From: an uncultured delta proteobacterium
GTDB lineage: Bacteria > Desulfobacterota > Binatia > Binatales > Binataceae
NCBI GenBank assembly: GCA_963724765.1
Contig: CAVRVY010000003.1
Span: forward strand, 1,120,001-1,184,000
DNA: 64,000 nt
Direction of reading: 5' to 3'
Numbering within the stretch: the stretch's first letter is position 1; every line of letters starts with the position of its first letter. Shown here in pieces: positions 51,698 through 62,787 of this stretch. Position numbers and translations under genes: made by a program. The notes beneath the pieces were generated by a model. The model searched no databases and was not told where the DNA came from. It saw nothing but the letters and a program-made list of their open reading frames with translations.

Positions 51698-52436
51698 TTT
51701 CCACCCAGGTGCCGATCGGTTCGCCCATCACGGCCCTTCTTATATTACCCGTCTGGCGCAGATTGAAAACGATGATCGGCAGGTCGTTGTCCTTGCACAT
51801 CGAGATCGCGGTCGAGTCCATCACCTTGAGGTTGCGTTCGAGCACCTCGAGGTAGGTCAGGCGGTCAAAGCGTTTGGCTCCGGCTTCACGCAGCGGATCG
51901 CGGTCGTAAACGCCGTCGACATGATGGCTCGCCTTGAGGATGACTTCAGCGCCGATTTCCAACGCGCGCAGGCTCGCTGCGGTGTCAGTGGTGAAGTAGG
52001 GATTGCCGGTGCCGGCGGCAAAGATCACCACCCGTCCCTTTTCGAGGTGGCGCACCGCGCGCCGACGGATGTACGGCTCGCACACGGCCTGCATCGCGAT
52101 TGCCGAGAGCACCCTGGTGGTCACGCCGGCCCGCTCCAGGGCGTCCTGAAAGGCGAGGGCGTTGATCACGGTGCCCAGCATGCCCATCTGGTCCGCGCTC
52201 GAGCGGTCCATCCCACGCGCTTCGTATTCGCTGCCGCGCAGGATGTTGCCCGCCCCGATAACCATCGCGAGTTGCACGCCGAGGGCGGCTATATCTTTGA
52301 TTTCGCGGGCGAATGCGGCCAGCGTATCGAGATCGATGCCGGCTCCTTGGGCGGGCGCCAGCGCCTGCCCGGAGAGCTTGAGCATCACGCGGTGGAAGCG
52401 GGGCTTGTGCGCCGCGCCGCCTGCCGCCTCGCTCAT
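51687..52436 (-). CDS. pyrH: UMP kinase
   Basis: [15 protein letters not shown] and VMDSTA. Confidence 0.97.
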   Translation of the reverse strand: MSEAAGGAAHKPRFHRVMLKLSGQALAPAQGAGIDLDTLAAFAREIKDIAALGVQLAMVIGAGNILRGSEYEARGMDRSSADQMGMLGTVINALAFQDALERAGVTTRVLSAIAMQAVCEPYIRRRAVRHLEKGRVVIFAAGTGNPYFTTDTAASLRALEIGAEVILKASHHVDGVYDRDPLREAGAKRFDRLTYLEVLERNLKVMDSTAISMCKDNDLPIIVFNLRQTGNIRRAVMGEPIGTWVESGR

Positions 52437-52465
52437 CGCTCTCGCCTCCCCCCGTGCGCAGGTGA

Positions 52466-53083
52466 TTACGCGCTGGCGGCCGTGTTGCCGTCGCGCGATT
52501 CGCCGAGCTGGAAGCGGACGAAGCGGCGGATTTCGATCTTCTCGCCCAGCTTGGCTACGTATTCGCCCAGCAGGTCGGTGATAGTGCGGTTGGGATCGCG
52601 CACCCAGGCCTGCTCGTTGAGACAGATGTCACGGTAGAATTTTTCCAGCTTGCCGTCGACGATTTTCTTGACCACCGCTTCAGGCTTGTCCGCCGACTGC
52701 GTGGCGTAGATCTGGCGCTCCTGCTCGATGACCTCGGCGGGCACGTCCTCGCGGCTGACGCAGCGCGGATTGGCCGCCGCTATCTGCATCGCGATCTCCT
52801 TGACCAGGGTCTGAAACTCGGGCGTCTTGGCCACGAAGTCGCTTTCGCAATTAACCTCTACCAGCACGCCGAGCTTGCCGCCGGCATGAATGTAGGACCC
52901 GATCGACCCTTCCGAGGCGAGCTTGCCCGCGCGCTTGGCGGCCTGTGCGATACCGCGCTCGCGGAGCCACACGATGGCCTTGTCCAGGTCACCGCTGGCC
53001 TCCGCCAGCGCCTTCTTGCAGTCCATAACGCCGGCGCCGGTTTTTTCGCGCAGTTCCCTGACGATGTTTGCGTTGATGTCCAT
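52466..53083 (-). CDS. tsf: Elongation factor Ts (short form)
   Basis: [16 protein letters not shown] and [10 protein letters not shown]. Confidence 0.97.
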   Translation of the reverse strand: MDINANIVRELREKTGAGVMDCKKALAEASGDLDKAIVWLRERGIAQAAKRAGKLASEGSIGSYIHAGGKLGVLVEVNCESDFVAKTPEFQTLVKEIAMQIAAANPRCVSREDVPAEVIEQERQIYATQSADKPEAVVKKIVDGKLEKFYRDICLNEQAWVRDPNRTITDLLGEYVAKLGEKIEIRRFVRFQLGESRDGNTAASA

Positions 53084-53180
53084 TCTTGGATTTTTTGTCT
53101 GTAGGTTCTCGTTCTTGCCCGCTCGGGTGAAACTTTGCCGGCCGGTTTATAAACGCGCCGGCGTGCCGCAACAAATCTTC

Positions 53181-53951
53181 CTAGACGCTCTGGCTTGGCG
53201 GCTCCGGAGCGCGCCCTTCGTCGGCATTGGCGCTTAAGTCCTGCTCGCCCTTTTGCCGTTCCTCGGCGATTCGTTTGCCCTCCAGCACCGCGTCGGCCAT
53301 CGCCGCGCTGAACAGCTTGATCGCGCGAATCGCGTCGTCGTTGCCCGGGATGCGGTAGGCGATAAGGTCGGGGTCGCAGTTGGTGTCGACCACGGCCACC
53401 ACCGGGATGCCGAGCCGTTTGGCCTCGGCTACCGCGATGTCTTCTTTCTTGGTGTCGATCACCCACAGCGCGTCGGGCAGCTTGCGCATGTTCTTGATCC
53501 CGGCCAGCGTGCCCATCAGCTTGTCGTGCTCGTGGGCATTCTCGCTCATCTCTTTCTTGGTGAGCGCCTGGATCATCTCGGGGTCGGCCATTATCTCTTC
53601 GAGTTTCTTGAGCCGTTCGATCGATTGCCGGATGGTCTGGAAGTTGGTCAGCATCCCGCCCAGCCAGCGGTTGTGCACGTAGTACATCCCGCAGCGATCG
53701 GCCTCTTCGCGCACGATGTCCTGGGCCTGCTTCTTGGTGCCGACGAAGAGCATCGTGCCGCCCTGGGCGGCGAGGTCGCGGACGAAGTCGTAAGCCTCGC
53801 GAAACATCCGCACGGTCTGCTGGAGGTCGATGATATAGATGCCGTTGCGGGCGCCAAAGATGTAAGGCTTCATCTTCGGATTCCAGCGGCTGGTCTGGTG
53901 GCCGAAGTGAACTCCGGCTTCCAGAAGCTGTTTCATGCTGATTTCGGTCAT
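53181..53951 (-). CDS. rpsB: 30S ribosomal protein S2
   Basis: [20 protein letters not shown] and PGNDDAIRA. Confidence 0.99.
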   Translation of the reverse strand: MTEISMKQLLEAGVHFGHQTSRWNPKMKPYIFGARNGIYIIDLQQTVRMFREAYDFVRDLAAQGGTMLFVGTKKQAQDIVREEADRCGMYYVHNRWLGGMLTNFQTIRQSIERLKKLEEIMADPEMIQALTKKEMSENAHEHDKLMGTLAGIKNMRKLPDALWVIDTKKEDIAVAEAKRLGIPVVAVVDTNCDPDLIAYRIPGNDDAIRAIKLFSAAMADAVLEGKRIAEERQKGEQDLSANADEGRAPEPPSQSV

Positions 53952-53964
53952 AAGTCCTCTTAAG

Positions 53965-53993
53965 CGTCCGCTCAGCCCTCCGGCCAGCGGACG
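53965..53993 (-). promoter_or_regulatory. rpsB leader hairpin
   Basis: CGTCCGCT...AGCGGACG stem just upstream of the AGAGGA RBS and downstream of an AT-rich -10-like patch. Confidence 0.5.
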
Positions 53994-54042
53994 ACACTAT
54001 TAATTATCAAGCCGCGCGGGCAGTTCCTAGGGCGCGCATCCC

Positions 54043-55599
54043 CTAGCCGTTCATCGATTCGAGGAACTCTTCGTTGGTTTTAGAGCCCTGCATCTTATCC
54101 AGCAGAAACTCCATCGCCTCGACCGCGTTGAGCTGGGAGAGCAGTTTGCGCAGGATCCATACCCGGTTAAGCGTGCTGCGTGGCAGCAGCAGCTCCTCTT
54201 TGCGGGTCGAGGAGCGCTGGATATCGATGGTCGGGAAGATGCGCTTTTCCAACAGGCGCCGGTCAAGGCCAATTTGCTGATTGCCGGTGCCTTTGAACTC
54301 CTCGAAGATGACCTCGTCCATCCGGCTGCCGGTGTCGACCAAGGCGGTGGCAATGATGGTAAGCGAGCCGCCGTCCTCGGTGTTGCGCGCCGCGCCGAAG
54401 AATTTCTTGGGCTTGTGCAGCGCGTTGGAGTCGACGCCGCCCGAGAGAATTTTACCCGAAGGCGGCACCACCGTATTGTAGGCGCGCGCCAGCCGCGTGA
54501 TCGAGTCGAGCAGGATCACCACGTCGCGCCCATGCTCGACCAGCCGGCGCGCCTTCTCGATCACCATCTCGGCCACTTGCACGTGGCGCGTCGCGGGCTC
54601 GTCGAAGGTTGAGCTTACGACCTCGCCCTGCACCGAACGCAGCATGTCGGTGACTTCCTCGGGGCGCTCGTCGACCAGCAGGACGATCAGGACGATTTCC
54701 GGATGGTTATGCGCGATCGCTTTGGCGATCGCCTGCAGCATCATGGTCTTGCCGGTGAACGGCGCCGCGACGATAAGGCCGCGCTGGCCTTTGCCGATCG
54801 GCGCGATCAAATCGATGATGCGGGTGGTGTAGTCCTCGTGGTCGTACTCGAGCTTGATCCGCTCCTGCGGATAGAGCGGCGTAAGGTTGTCAAACAGGAT
54901 CTTGTCGCGGGCCTTCTCGGGCTCCTCGAAATTGATCGATTCGACCTTCAGCAGCGCGAAGTAACGCTCTCCTTCCTTGGGCGGGCGAATCAGCCCGGAA
55001 ACGATGTCGCCGGTGCGCAGGTTGAACTTACGGATCTGGCTGGGCGAGATGTAGATGTCGTCGGGTCCCGGCAGATAATTGTAGTCGGGCGCGCGCAGGA
55101 AGCCGAAGCCGTCGGGCAGAATCTCCAGCACGCCTTCGCCGAGGATCGAGCCGTTGCGCGAGGCCTGCGCCTGCAGGATGGAGAAAATCATCTCCTGCTT
55201 GCGCATGTTCGTCGCGCCATCGATGTTGTACTCGCGCGCGATCTGCGCCAGCTCGGTTATCTTGGCAGCCTTGAGCACCTTGAGGTTGAGTGCGCCGCCA
55301 TCGCTGACGATTCCGCCCACGTGGCGCTCGGAGGCGTTCAGGGCCTGCGAACTGCTGGCGCGGTAGCGATCGCCGCTGCCGCCCTCAGGCGCAATCGCGC
55401 CACCGCTTTCGCCGCCACGGGCCTCGTCGTGCTCGGCCGCGCCGTTGGTTTCGCCGGCTCCCGGCGCCGCCGCCGGTTGCATGTGACGGGTGTGCGAGAG
55501 GTTGGGGCCGTTGCGAATCTCGTCGCCCTGGCCCTGAGCCTCGCCCCTAACCCCCCTGCCCTTGCCCATATGCCTTGTCCGCAAAATTCTTGACTCCAA
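54043..55599 (-). CDS. rho: Transcription termination factor Rho with an N-terminal extension (start uncertain)
   Basis: [37 protein letters not shown] and FEEFKGTGN. Confidence 0.98.
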   Translation of the reverse strand: MESRILRTRHMGKGRGVRGEAQGQGDEIRNGPNLSHTRHMQPAAAPGAGETNGAAEHDEARGGESGGAIAPEGGSGDRYRASSSQALNASERHVGGIVSDGGALNLKVLKAAKITELAQIAREYNIDGATNMRKQEMIFSILQAQASRNGSILGEGVLEILPDGFGFLRAPDYNYLPGPDDIYISPSQIRKFNLRTGDIVSGLIRPPKEGERYFALLKVESINFEEPEKARDKILFDNLTPLYPQERIKLEYDHEDYTTRIIDLIAPIGKGQRGLIVAAPFTGKTMMLQAIAKAIAHNHPEIVLIVLLVDERPEEVTDMLRSVQGEVVSSTFDEPATRHVQVAEMVIEKARRLVEHGRDVVILLDSITRLARAYNTVVPPSGKILSGGVDSNALHKPKKFFGAARNTEDGGSLTIIATALVDTGSRMDEVIFEEFKGTGNQQIGLDRRLLEKRIFPTIDIQRSSTRKEELLLPRSTLNRVWILRKLLSQLNAVEAMEFLLDKMQGSKTNEEFLESMNG

Positions 55600-55845
55600 T
55601 CCGGCTGAGAAGTGACAGAATTGATGCTGGCGATCCCTTAATGCAGCCCCGCCCGTGAGAGACCGTCGCGCGTATTACGACCCCGAACGAAACCTTGAAC
55701 CGGTTCTTCCCAGGCCGATCAAATGGATTGAGGCACTTGGTCGCGGTGGGGAGGCGACGCCCAATCTTCGGCGGGTCACTTGGCGGCTGCGGACGATCCG
55801 GAGTCTGGCCTGCCTCGGCTCGATACGCAGGCTCTTAGGTGGAAA

Positions 55846-57012
55846 CTATCTGAGCCTCTTTGGGCTGTCAACGGGCCTCCTTCTCATCCGCTCTCCGAGC
55901 GGCCGCGAGACAGATTCGACAAACTCGGCAAGTTCGATCTCGGTAAGTTCGATCCAGCGCTCGAGCTCCGTCTGCCCCGTTGCCACCCCCCGCGCCATGA
56001 GGAAGCCGGCAAAGTCGTCCGCGGGCGGCGCGATGAACTCGAGCGCCGCGGCGGTGCGCGGATGGCTCAACCGCAGCGCCATCGCGTGCAGCGCCTGGCG
56101 GTCGAACCCGGATGCCGCCTCGGAAAATGCCGCATCCTTGGATTTTTTGAGCGGCCGGCCGCCATAGAGCGGATCGCCGAGGCAGGGATGCCCGATCGAA
56201 GCCAGGTGTACGCGAATCTGATGCGTGCGGCCGGTCAGCGGCCGCACGCCGACGAGCGTCGCGCCGCGGCCCGCCGCCGGCATCCGCGCGAGCACGCAGA
56301 CCTCGCTGAAGGCCTCGCGGCCGTGGCGCGAATTCACCGACATCCGCTTGCGCTCGATCGGATGGCGGCCGACCGGGCGCGCGATCGAAAAGCGCTCGCG
56401 TCCAATCAGCCCGCGTACCACCGCCAGATAGACTTTGCTCACCGTGCGCTCCTTGAACTGGCGCGCCAACTCCATCCGGGCAAACGGTGTTCGCGCGACC
56501 ACCATCACGCCCGACGTGTCCTTATCGAGCCGATGAACGATTCCCGGGCGCACCACGCCGCCCGGCTCAGCCATCGCCGCCATCTCGGGAAAGCGCGCGA
56601 GCAACGCGTCCACCAGTGTGCCGCCGGGATGCCCGGGCGCGGGATGGACCGTCATCCCGGCTGGCTTGTTGACGACGATGATCTCGTCGTCGGCGTAGAG
56701 CACTTCGATTGCAGGCGCGTTCGCAGCCGCGTCTTCCGACGCTTTTGCCGCCGCGTTTATATGTCCATGCGACGCTGCCGCCCTCGGCATGGCGGCGGAA
56801 GTTTGGATTTCCGGACTTTGAATTTCGACCTTGTCGCCGGGGCGAACGGCGTCGGCGGCGCGCGCCGGAACGCCGTTGAGCCGCACCAGGCCGGCCCTGA
56901 TCATGCGCGCGGCCTGCGAGCGGGAAAATTCCGCGCCGAGCTCGGCGGCTACGAACACGTCGAGCCGCATCCGCCCGGGCGCCGAATCGACCGTCAGCGA
57001 GCGCGCAGTCAC
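55846..57012 (-). CDS. rluD: RluA-family pseudouridine synthase (RluD-like)
   Basis: S4 domain, NKPAG, HRLDKDTSG, TGRTHQIRVH and RQALHA. Confidence 0.93.
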   Translation of the reverse strand: MTARSLTVDSAPGRMRLDVFVAAELGAEFSRSQAARMIRAGLVRLNGVPARAADAVRPGDKVEIQSPEIQTSAAMPRAAASHGHINAAAKASEDAAANAPAIEVLYADDEIIVVNKPAGMTVHPAPGHPGGTLVDALLARFPEMAAMAEPGGVVRPGIVHRLDKDTSGVMVVARTPFARMELARQFKERTVSKVYLAVVRGLIGRERFSIARPVGRHPIERKRMSVNSRHGREAFSEVCVLARMPAAGRGATLVGVRPLTGRTHQIRVHLASIGHPCLGDPLYGGRPLKKSKDAAFSEAASGFDRQALHAMALRLSHPRTAAALEFIAPPADDFAGFLMARGVATGQTELERWIELTEIELAEFVESVSRPLGERMRRRPVDSPKRLR

Positions 57013-57060
57013 AACACGACTATATCAGCCGCGGCGACAAGGCCGTTACGCGCGTACAGT

Positions 57061-57651
57061 CTACAGCCGATAGGGCGCCGGATGGGTTTTCTCGTAGGCC
57101 GCGATCTCTTTGTCGTGCGTGAGCGTCAGCGCCACGTCGTCGAGCCCCTCGATAAAACATTTCTTGGGGAACGGATCGATATCGAAGTGTGCCGACCATC
57201 CGAACTTGTCCGAGACCGTCTGCGCGGGCAGGTCGACGCTCAGTTCGTAGCCGTCATGCCGCTTGATCGCCGCGAAAACGGCATCGACCTCTTCGGGCTT
57301 GAGAATTATTGGCAGGAAGCCGTTCTTGAGCGAATTATTGCGGAAAATGTCGGCGAAGGAGGATGCGATCGCGGCCTTGAAGCCGAAGTCAGTTAGTGCC
57401 CACACCGCGTGCTCGCGCGAGCTGCCGCATCCGAAGTTGGCCCGCGCCACCAGGATTGACGCGCCCTTGAAGCGCGGCTCGTCGAGCACGTAACCCTTGT
57501 CAGGCTGATTGCGCCAATCGAAGAAGAGCCCCTTACCCAGGCCGCTACGCACCACGGCCTTTAAGAACTGCTTGGGAATCACCTGGTCAGTATCGACGTT
57601 GGACCTATCCATCGGAGCGACCAGGCCGGTGAAATTCTTGAACGGTTGCAT
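57061..57651 (-). CDS. leuD: 3-isopropylmalate dehydratase small subunit
   Basis: NVDTDQVIPKQFL, NFGCGSSREHA and FADIF.NN. Confidence 0.98.
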   Translation of the reverse strand: MQPFKNFTGLVAPMDRSNVDTDQVIPKQFLKAVVRSGLGKGLFFDWRNQPDKGYVLDEPRFKGASILVARANFGCGSSREHAVWALTDFGFKAAIASSFADIFRNNSLKNGFLPIILKPEEVDAVFAAIKRHDGYELSVDLPAQTVSDKFGWSAHFDIDPFPKKCFIEGLDDVALTLTHDKEIAAYEKTHPAPYRL

Positions 57652-57926
57652 CGCGCGCTTACCCCCAGAGCAAAACTATCGGCAGACTAAAGCTTACCAG
57701 TGGAGAAAAACAACCGGCGTCGGCGCGCACGAATGCACCATTCACCGGAGCCGATTGAATAGCACAAAATCGGCAGCCGGCTAAATCAGTGCATACAGAA
57801 CGGCGCGAGCAGTCCACGCGCCTTGGCGCGCAACACTTCCCACATCGCGCGCCACGCGGGTATCCGCGTGACGCACGTTTACCGTTACCTATGTGCCCCG
57901 GACCCTCGAGGGCCCCGCGCCGGCGA

Positions 57927-58424
57927 TCAGTCGGCCGCAGGTTTTCCGTTGTGCCCGTTGTGGCCGTTGACCGCGCTTGCACCGTTGGCGTTAAACGCGC
58001 GCGACAGCTCGATGAAACGCCGTTGCAGCGCCTTGGCCGGCTCAAACGCCTTGATCAAATGTTGCAACTGATCCTGAAACGCGGTCGCCGGCTCCATCGC
58101 GGACGCCAATTGCACGAGCTGCTCGTGAAAGGCCGCAGCCACGCGCTCGAGCTGGCTTTGAAACGCCCGCATCGGTTCGAAGCGGTTGGCCAGGTTCTCG
58201 AGATGGCTGTGGAATCCCTTTATCGGCTCGAAGGCCGCGGCCACATCCGCCAATTCCTCCTGGAATGTTCTGATCGGCTCGAAGACGTCGGCCAACTGCG
58301 CCAACTGGCCCATCGGCTCCAGCACCTTGGCCAGCCGGGCGAGCGTGTCCTCGGCCGATTTCATCGGGTCGAACACCTTGGCTACTGCCTGATCGGGTTG
58401 AAGAGAAATGAATGATTCGTCCAA
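57927..58424 (-). CDS. Hypothetical protein of ~17-aa amphipathic helical repeats (F-E-P)
   Basis: AGGAGGAGG RBS before TTG 58424; units such as FEPIRTFQEELADVAAA, FEPIKGFHSHLENLANR and FEPMRAFQSQLERVAAA. Confidence 0.75.
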   Translation of the reverse strand: MDESFISLQPDQAVAKVFDPMKSAEDTLARLAKVLEPMGQLAQLADVFEPIRTFQEELADVAAAFEPIKGFHSHLENLANRFEPMRAFQSQLERVAAAFHEQLVQLASAMEPATAFQDQLQHLIKAFEPAKALQRRFIELSRAFNANGASAVNGHNGHNGKPAAD

Positions 58425-58919
58425 CTCTCTGCCTCCTCCTATTTGCAGTGCAAACGCCCACCGTCCAGCGAATCTTGAACCCAACAGGCGCACCCGGTTC
58501 GGCATGCGGCGCATCGAATTCCGGGAAGCCTGAAGCTCACTTTCCAATCAAGACGTCACGTTCCAATCAGAGCGTTGACGCCGGTCAAAACGCTGACGCC
58601 GGCATCTGCGGCGGGCGCTGAGTTTCGAGCGTCGTCCGGTCTGAATAGCAAAAGCTGATGTAAGCAATTTCAAGTGCGTGTCGATTAGAAAAGCATATTA
58701 AAGATGCGACCCTCAACTAACGCACTTGAATCGTCCGAGCAAGGATTTGCTGCTTCACGTATCCACTGCGAGGGTCCGTGCCGCTGTGCGTAACGTTGCG
58801 CGCCGTCGTGCTTGTGAGACCCGCGCGCCGGGTCTAGACTTCGCTTCGTGGCGCCGACGCATCGATTTTCTGAATCGCCGCACCTCGTCCCCGCTCCAGA
58901 CGTCGAAGGTGGTAAGGCC

Positions 58920-59462
58920 ATGAGCGGCACTCAGCCGCTCAACGGCAATCCCGAGGCAACTTCCGAGGCAAGTCCCCCCGAAACTCCCGAGACCAGTACG
59001 GACGCGACCATCGGTCGCTTCCGCGACGCGGTCGAGAGCATCAAAGAGGCATCGCCGCCGGCCGAAAGGCCGGCCGTTTCCACCGATCGCTCCGCAGCGC
59101 CGTACAAGCGCGTGATGGCTGAGCAATTCGTGCTGGTCGACGCACACGGCGCGCCTCGCGCCACGCTCTCGCTCGACGACGGCAGCCCTGCGCTGGCGCT
59201 CAGCGACGCGAACGGCCGTGCTCGCGCGGCGATTCGCCTGGGCGCGGACGGGGCGCCGTCGGTGGTGCTCTATGACGCGAGCGGCAGGCGGCGCCTTGAG
59301 GTCGCGCTCAAATCCGACGGCGCAACCGGCCTTGGATTGTACAACGAGACGGGCGAGGGGCGCGCGGAACTGGTGGTCTCGGGCAGCGGCGCGCCATCGC
59401 TTTCGCTTTACGGCTCCAACGGCAAACGGCTGGCCAAACTGCCTGCCAGCCGCGAGCGTTAG
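58920..59462 (+). CDS. Hypothetical protein with ~22-aa beta-type repeats
   Basis: Repeats of L-x-D-x-x-G-x-x-R-x-x-L-x-L-x-x-DG-x-P after a disordered N-terminus. Confidence 0.75.
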   Translation: MSGTQPLNGNPEATSEASPPETPETSTDATIGRFRDAVESIKEASPPAERPAVSTDRSAAPYKRVMAEQFVLVDAHGAPRATLSLDDGSPALALSDANGRARAAIRLGADGAPSVVLYDASGRRRLEVALKSDGATGLGLYNETGEGRAELVVSGSGAPSLSLYGSNGKRLAKLPASRER

Positions 59463-59515
59463 TTCCTTACTGATTTCTTACGTTTGCGCCGCCTGCGAAT
59501 CGCCAATCTGGCGCT

Positions 59516-60925
59516 CTAATGCGCTGGCCACTCGCGCACGTCGACGAAGTGTCCGCTCACCGCCGCCGCAGCAGCCATCGCGGGACTAACCAGATGCGTG
59601 CGTCCGCCCTTGCCCTGGCGTCCCTCGAAGTTACGATTCGAGGTGCTCGCGCAGCGTTCGCCGGGCTTCAGGATGTCCGGGTTCATCCCCAGGCACATGC
59701 TGCATCCCGATTCGCGCCACTCGAAGCCCGCGTCCAGGAAAACGCGATCGAGCCCGAGCTTTTCGGCTTCGGCTTTGACCTGCTGCGATCCCGGCACCAC
59801 CATCGCGTGCACGCTTTTGGCGACCTTGCGTCCGCGCACTATGTCGGCCGCTGCGCGCAGGTCGCCGATACGTGAGTTGGTGCACGAGCCGATAAAGACG
59901 CGGTCGACGCGGATGTCCTGGATCGCCGTGCCCGGCTGCAAGCCCATGTATTCTAGAGCGCGTTCGACCGCCTGGCGCTCCGCCGGGCTCTTGAGGTTAG
60001 CAGGGTCGGGCACCTTGCCGGTGATCTCGACCACCATCCCGGGATTTGTTCCCCAGGTAACTTGCGGTGCGAACGCCGCCGCGTCGAACGTGATGCTCTT
60101 GTCGAAACGCGCGTCGTCATCGGTGCGAAACTTGAGCCAGCGCTCGGCCGCCCGATCGAAGTCCGCGCCCGCCGCGACGAAGCGCCGCCCGCGCAGATAC
60201 TCGACGGTCTTGGCGTCCGCCGCGATCATCCCGGCGCGCGCGCCCGCCTCGATCGACATGTTGCTCACCGTCATCCGCTCTTCCACCGAGAGCGCCTCGA
60301 TCGCCTCGCCGCGATACTCGATGACATGTCCGGTGCCACCGTCGGTGGTGATGCGTCCGATGATGCCGAGGATCAAATCCTTCGCCGTCACGCCGGGCTT
60401 CAGGCGCCCGTCGACGCGAATCTCCAACGTCTTCGGCTTGGCCTGCCAGAGGCACTGTGTGGCGAGCACGTGCTCGACCTCGCTGGTGCCGACGCCGAAC
60501 GCCAGCGAGCCGAACGCGCCGTGGGTGGCGGTATGGCTGTCGCCGCACACGATGGTCATCCCGGGTTGTGTGAGGCCCAACTCGGGTCCGATGACGTGCA
60601 CGATGCCCTGTTCGGGCGCGCCGAGGTCGAACAGGCGCACACCGAACTCGCGGCAGTTGCGGCGCATCATTTCGATCTGCGCCGCCGAATCGGGATCGGC
60701 GATGGGCTTGGTGCGGTCGGTGGTCGGAACGTTGTGATCCTGAGTGCCGAAGGTGCGGTCGAGCGCGCGCACCTTACGTCCGCTGTTGCGCAGCGCCTCG
60801 AAGGCCTGCGGCGACGTTACCTCGTGCACCAGGTGCAGATCGATGTAGAGCAGTGCGGGTTCGCCGGTTTGCTCGCGGACCACGTGGCTCTGCCAGATTT
60901 TTTCGAAAAGCGTTTCAGCAGCCAT
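59516..60925 (-). CDS. leuC: 3-isopropylmalate dehydratase large subunit
   Basis: [31 protein letters not shown] and [12 protein letters not shown]. Confidence 0.98.
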   Translation of the reverse strand: MAAETLFEKIWQSHVVREQTGEPALLYIDLHLVHEVTSPQAFEALRNSGRKVRALDRTFGTQDHNVPTTDRTKPIADPDSAAQIEMMRRNCREFGVRLFDLGAPEQGIVHVIGPELGLTQPGMTIVCGDSHTATHGAFGSLAFGVGTSEVEHVLATQCLWQAKPKTLEIRVDGRLKPGVTAKDLILGIIGRITTDGGTGHVIEYRGEAIEALSVEERMTVSNMSIEAGARAGMIAADAKTVEYLRGRRFVAAGADFDRAAERWLKFRTDDDARFDKSITFDAAAFAPQVTWGTNPGMVVEITGKVPDPANLKSPAERQAVERALEYMGLQPGTAIQDIRVDRVFIGSCTNSRIGDLRAAADIVRGRKVAKSVHAMVVPGSQQVKAEAEKLGLDRVFLDAGFEWRESGCSMCLGMNPDILKPGERCASTSNRNFEGRQGKGGRTHLVSPAMAAAAAVSGHFVDVREWPAH

Positions 60926-61128
60926 GACGGAAACTAGCCTCTTATCCAGAGAAAAGCTGGAACCTAGCATTATGCCGCCGCGGCCCGCGCCGTCAAATAT
61001 GCGCGGCTTCGTCGAATGCGCCCCCGGCGCCTGATGCGTCATCGCCGCCACCGTGGCAAGATAGCCTCGGGGCATGATGAGTGGCGCCGTCACGCGCGGC
61101 GCCGGATCGGAAATCAAAGGGGGGAACG

Positions 61129-62766
61129 ATGCGATCGAGTTACGACGCGGTCGTTATCGGCAGCGGCTTCGGCGGCGCGGTCGCGGGATGCCGTCTGGCG
61201 CAAGCCGGACTCAAGGTTGCGATTCTGGAGCGCGGGCGGCGCTACGGGCGCAACGAATTCCCGCGCGATTGGAACGATCCAACCAATGGATGGCAGTGGG
61301 CGGTCGGCCAGGGCCTGTTCGACGTCCGGCCCTTCGGCGAGATGACGATTGTGCAGGGGGCCGGATGGGGCGGCGGCTCGCTCATCTACGCCAACGTTCA
61401 CCTGCGCGCGCCCGCCGATCTTTTCCAGAGCGGATGGCCGGCTGGCTACAGCCGCGCCGCGCTTGATCCCTACTACGACCTTGTCGCCTACATGCTCGAC
61501 ATCGCACCCATCACGGCCTCCAGCCATCTCGGCGTCCCGCCCAAGGCCGCGTGGATGAAACAGGTGGCCGGCCGCCTGGGGTGCGAGGCCCGGTTCTGTT
61601 ACCCGAATATCGCGGTCGATTTTTCCGCACCCGGCGTGGCGCATCGCAACAAGTTCGGCGTCGAGCAGAGCGGATGCACCTACTGCGGCGAGTGCGACAT
61701 CGGATGCAACGTGCTGGCCAAGAACACGCTCGATCTCAACTACCTGGCGATTGCCGAGCAGCGCGGCGCCGACGTCGCACCGCTCAGCGAAGTCGTTCGT
61801 ATCGAGCGCGACGGCGCAGGCTACAAGGTCAGGTTCAAAAATCACGCGGCGGGCGGCGCCGAGAGCGCGATTGACGCGCGCGCGGTCTTCCTGTGCGCGG
61901 GCGCAGTCAACTCGACCGAGCTTTTGCTCCGATGCCGCGACGAGTTCGGTACGCTGCCCGCGTTGAGCGCGCGCCTGGGCCAGGGCTATTCGGGCAACGG
62001 CGATTTTCTCGCGTTCGCCTTCGACACCGCGACGCCCTTCGTGCCTTCCAACGGCCCCACGATAACCACCGGCATCGTCTACGATCGCGGGGCCGGCGCC
62101 GACCGCATGTGGTTCATCTTCGAGGAGGGCGGCTACCCAAAAGAGATCGTCGGCCTGCTCCAGGTGCTCAACCCAAAGAGTGGATGGCTCAAGGACGCGA
62201 TCAGCCTTTCCAGCGAGATATTGACCGCAGAGATTAGCGCCGCTGCTCGGGGCCGTCTCGGTCTCGCCGCTCCGTCGCATGACGACACGGCCGTGTTTCT
62301 CGCGATGGGCCGCGACCGCGCCAACGGCGTGCTCGCGCTCGAGCCGCTCACCCGCACGCTCAAGGTGAGCTGGGACGTCGCCTCGAACGCGGCGCTCTAT
62401 GCCGCCGAACAGCAATTCAGCACCGACGTGGCCAACGCGATGGGTGGTGCGGTCGCGTTCAACCCGCTATGGCAGCGGCTCAATCATCCGGTCTCGGTGC
62501 ACAACCTCGGCGGCTGCGTGATGGCGGACGACGAAGCAAAAGGCGTCAGCGACGCGGGCGGCGAGGTTTTCGGCTACCCCGGACTCTACGTGCTCGACGG
62601 CGGCGCTCTGCCCGCGGCGACCGGCGTCAACCCCTCGCATACGATCGCCGCGGTGGCCGAGCGCGACGTCGAGGCCGCGATTCGCAAGCTCACCGGCAAT
62701 GCCGCCTGGCGTGCACCCGAGGCCGCGATTGCGCGGCCGGTTAAAGACCCGCTAACCGGGATTTGA
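61129..62766 (+). CDS. GMC family oxidoreductase (cholesterol-oxidase-like)
   Basis: [21 protein letters not shown], [11 protein letters not shown], HNLGGC and GVNPSHTI. Confidence 0.92.
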   Translation: MRSSYDAVVIGSGFGGAVAGCRLAQAGLKVAILERGRRYGRNEFPRDWNDPTNGWQWAVGQGLFDVRPFGEMTIVQGAGWGGGSLIYANVHLRAPADLFQSGWPAGYSRAALDPYYDLVAYMLDIAPITASSHLGVPPKAAWMKQVAGRLGCEARFCYPNIAVDFSAPGVAHRNKFGVEQSGCTYCGECDIGCNVLAKNTLDLNYLAIAEQRGADVAPLSEVVRIERDGAGYKVRFKNHAAGGAESAIDARAVFLCAGAVNSTELLLRCRDEFGTLPALSARLGQGYSGNGDFLAFAFDTATPFVPSNGPTITTGIVYDRGAGADRMWFIFEEGGYPKEIVGLLQVLNPKSGWLKDAISLSSEILTAEISAAARGRLGLAAPSHDDTAVFLAMGRDRANGVLALEPLTRTLKVSWDVASNAALYAAEQQFSTDVANAMGGAVAFNPLWQRLNHPVSVHNLGGCVMADDEAKGVSDAGGEVFGYPGLYVLDGGALPAATGVNPSHTIAAVAERDVEAAIRKLTGNAAWRAPEAAIARPVKDPLTGI

Positions 62767-62787
62767 TTCCCGCAGCAGGAGGAAGTT

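Noticed and set aside
52466-53083. Short EF-Ts as a truncation
   Set aside because: About 200-aa EF-Ts is a known natural form, and the ORF has intact ends.
62764-62766. In-frame TGA as selenocysteine
   Set aside because: It falls in an inter-domain linker rather than a catalytic position, no clear SECIS hairpin follows, and the next gene has its own RBS.
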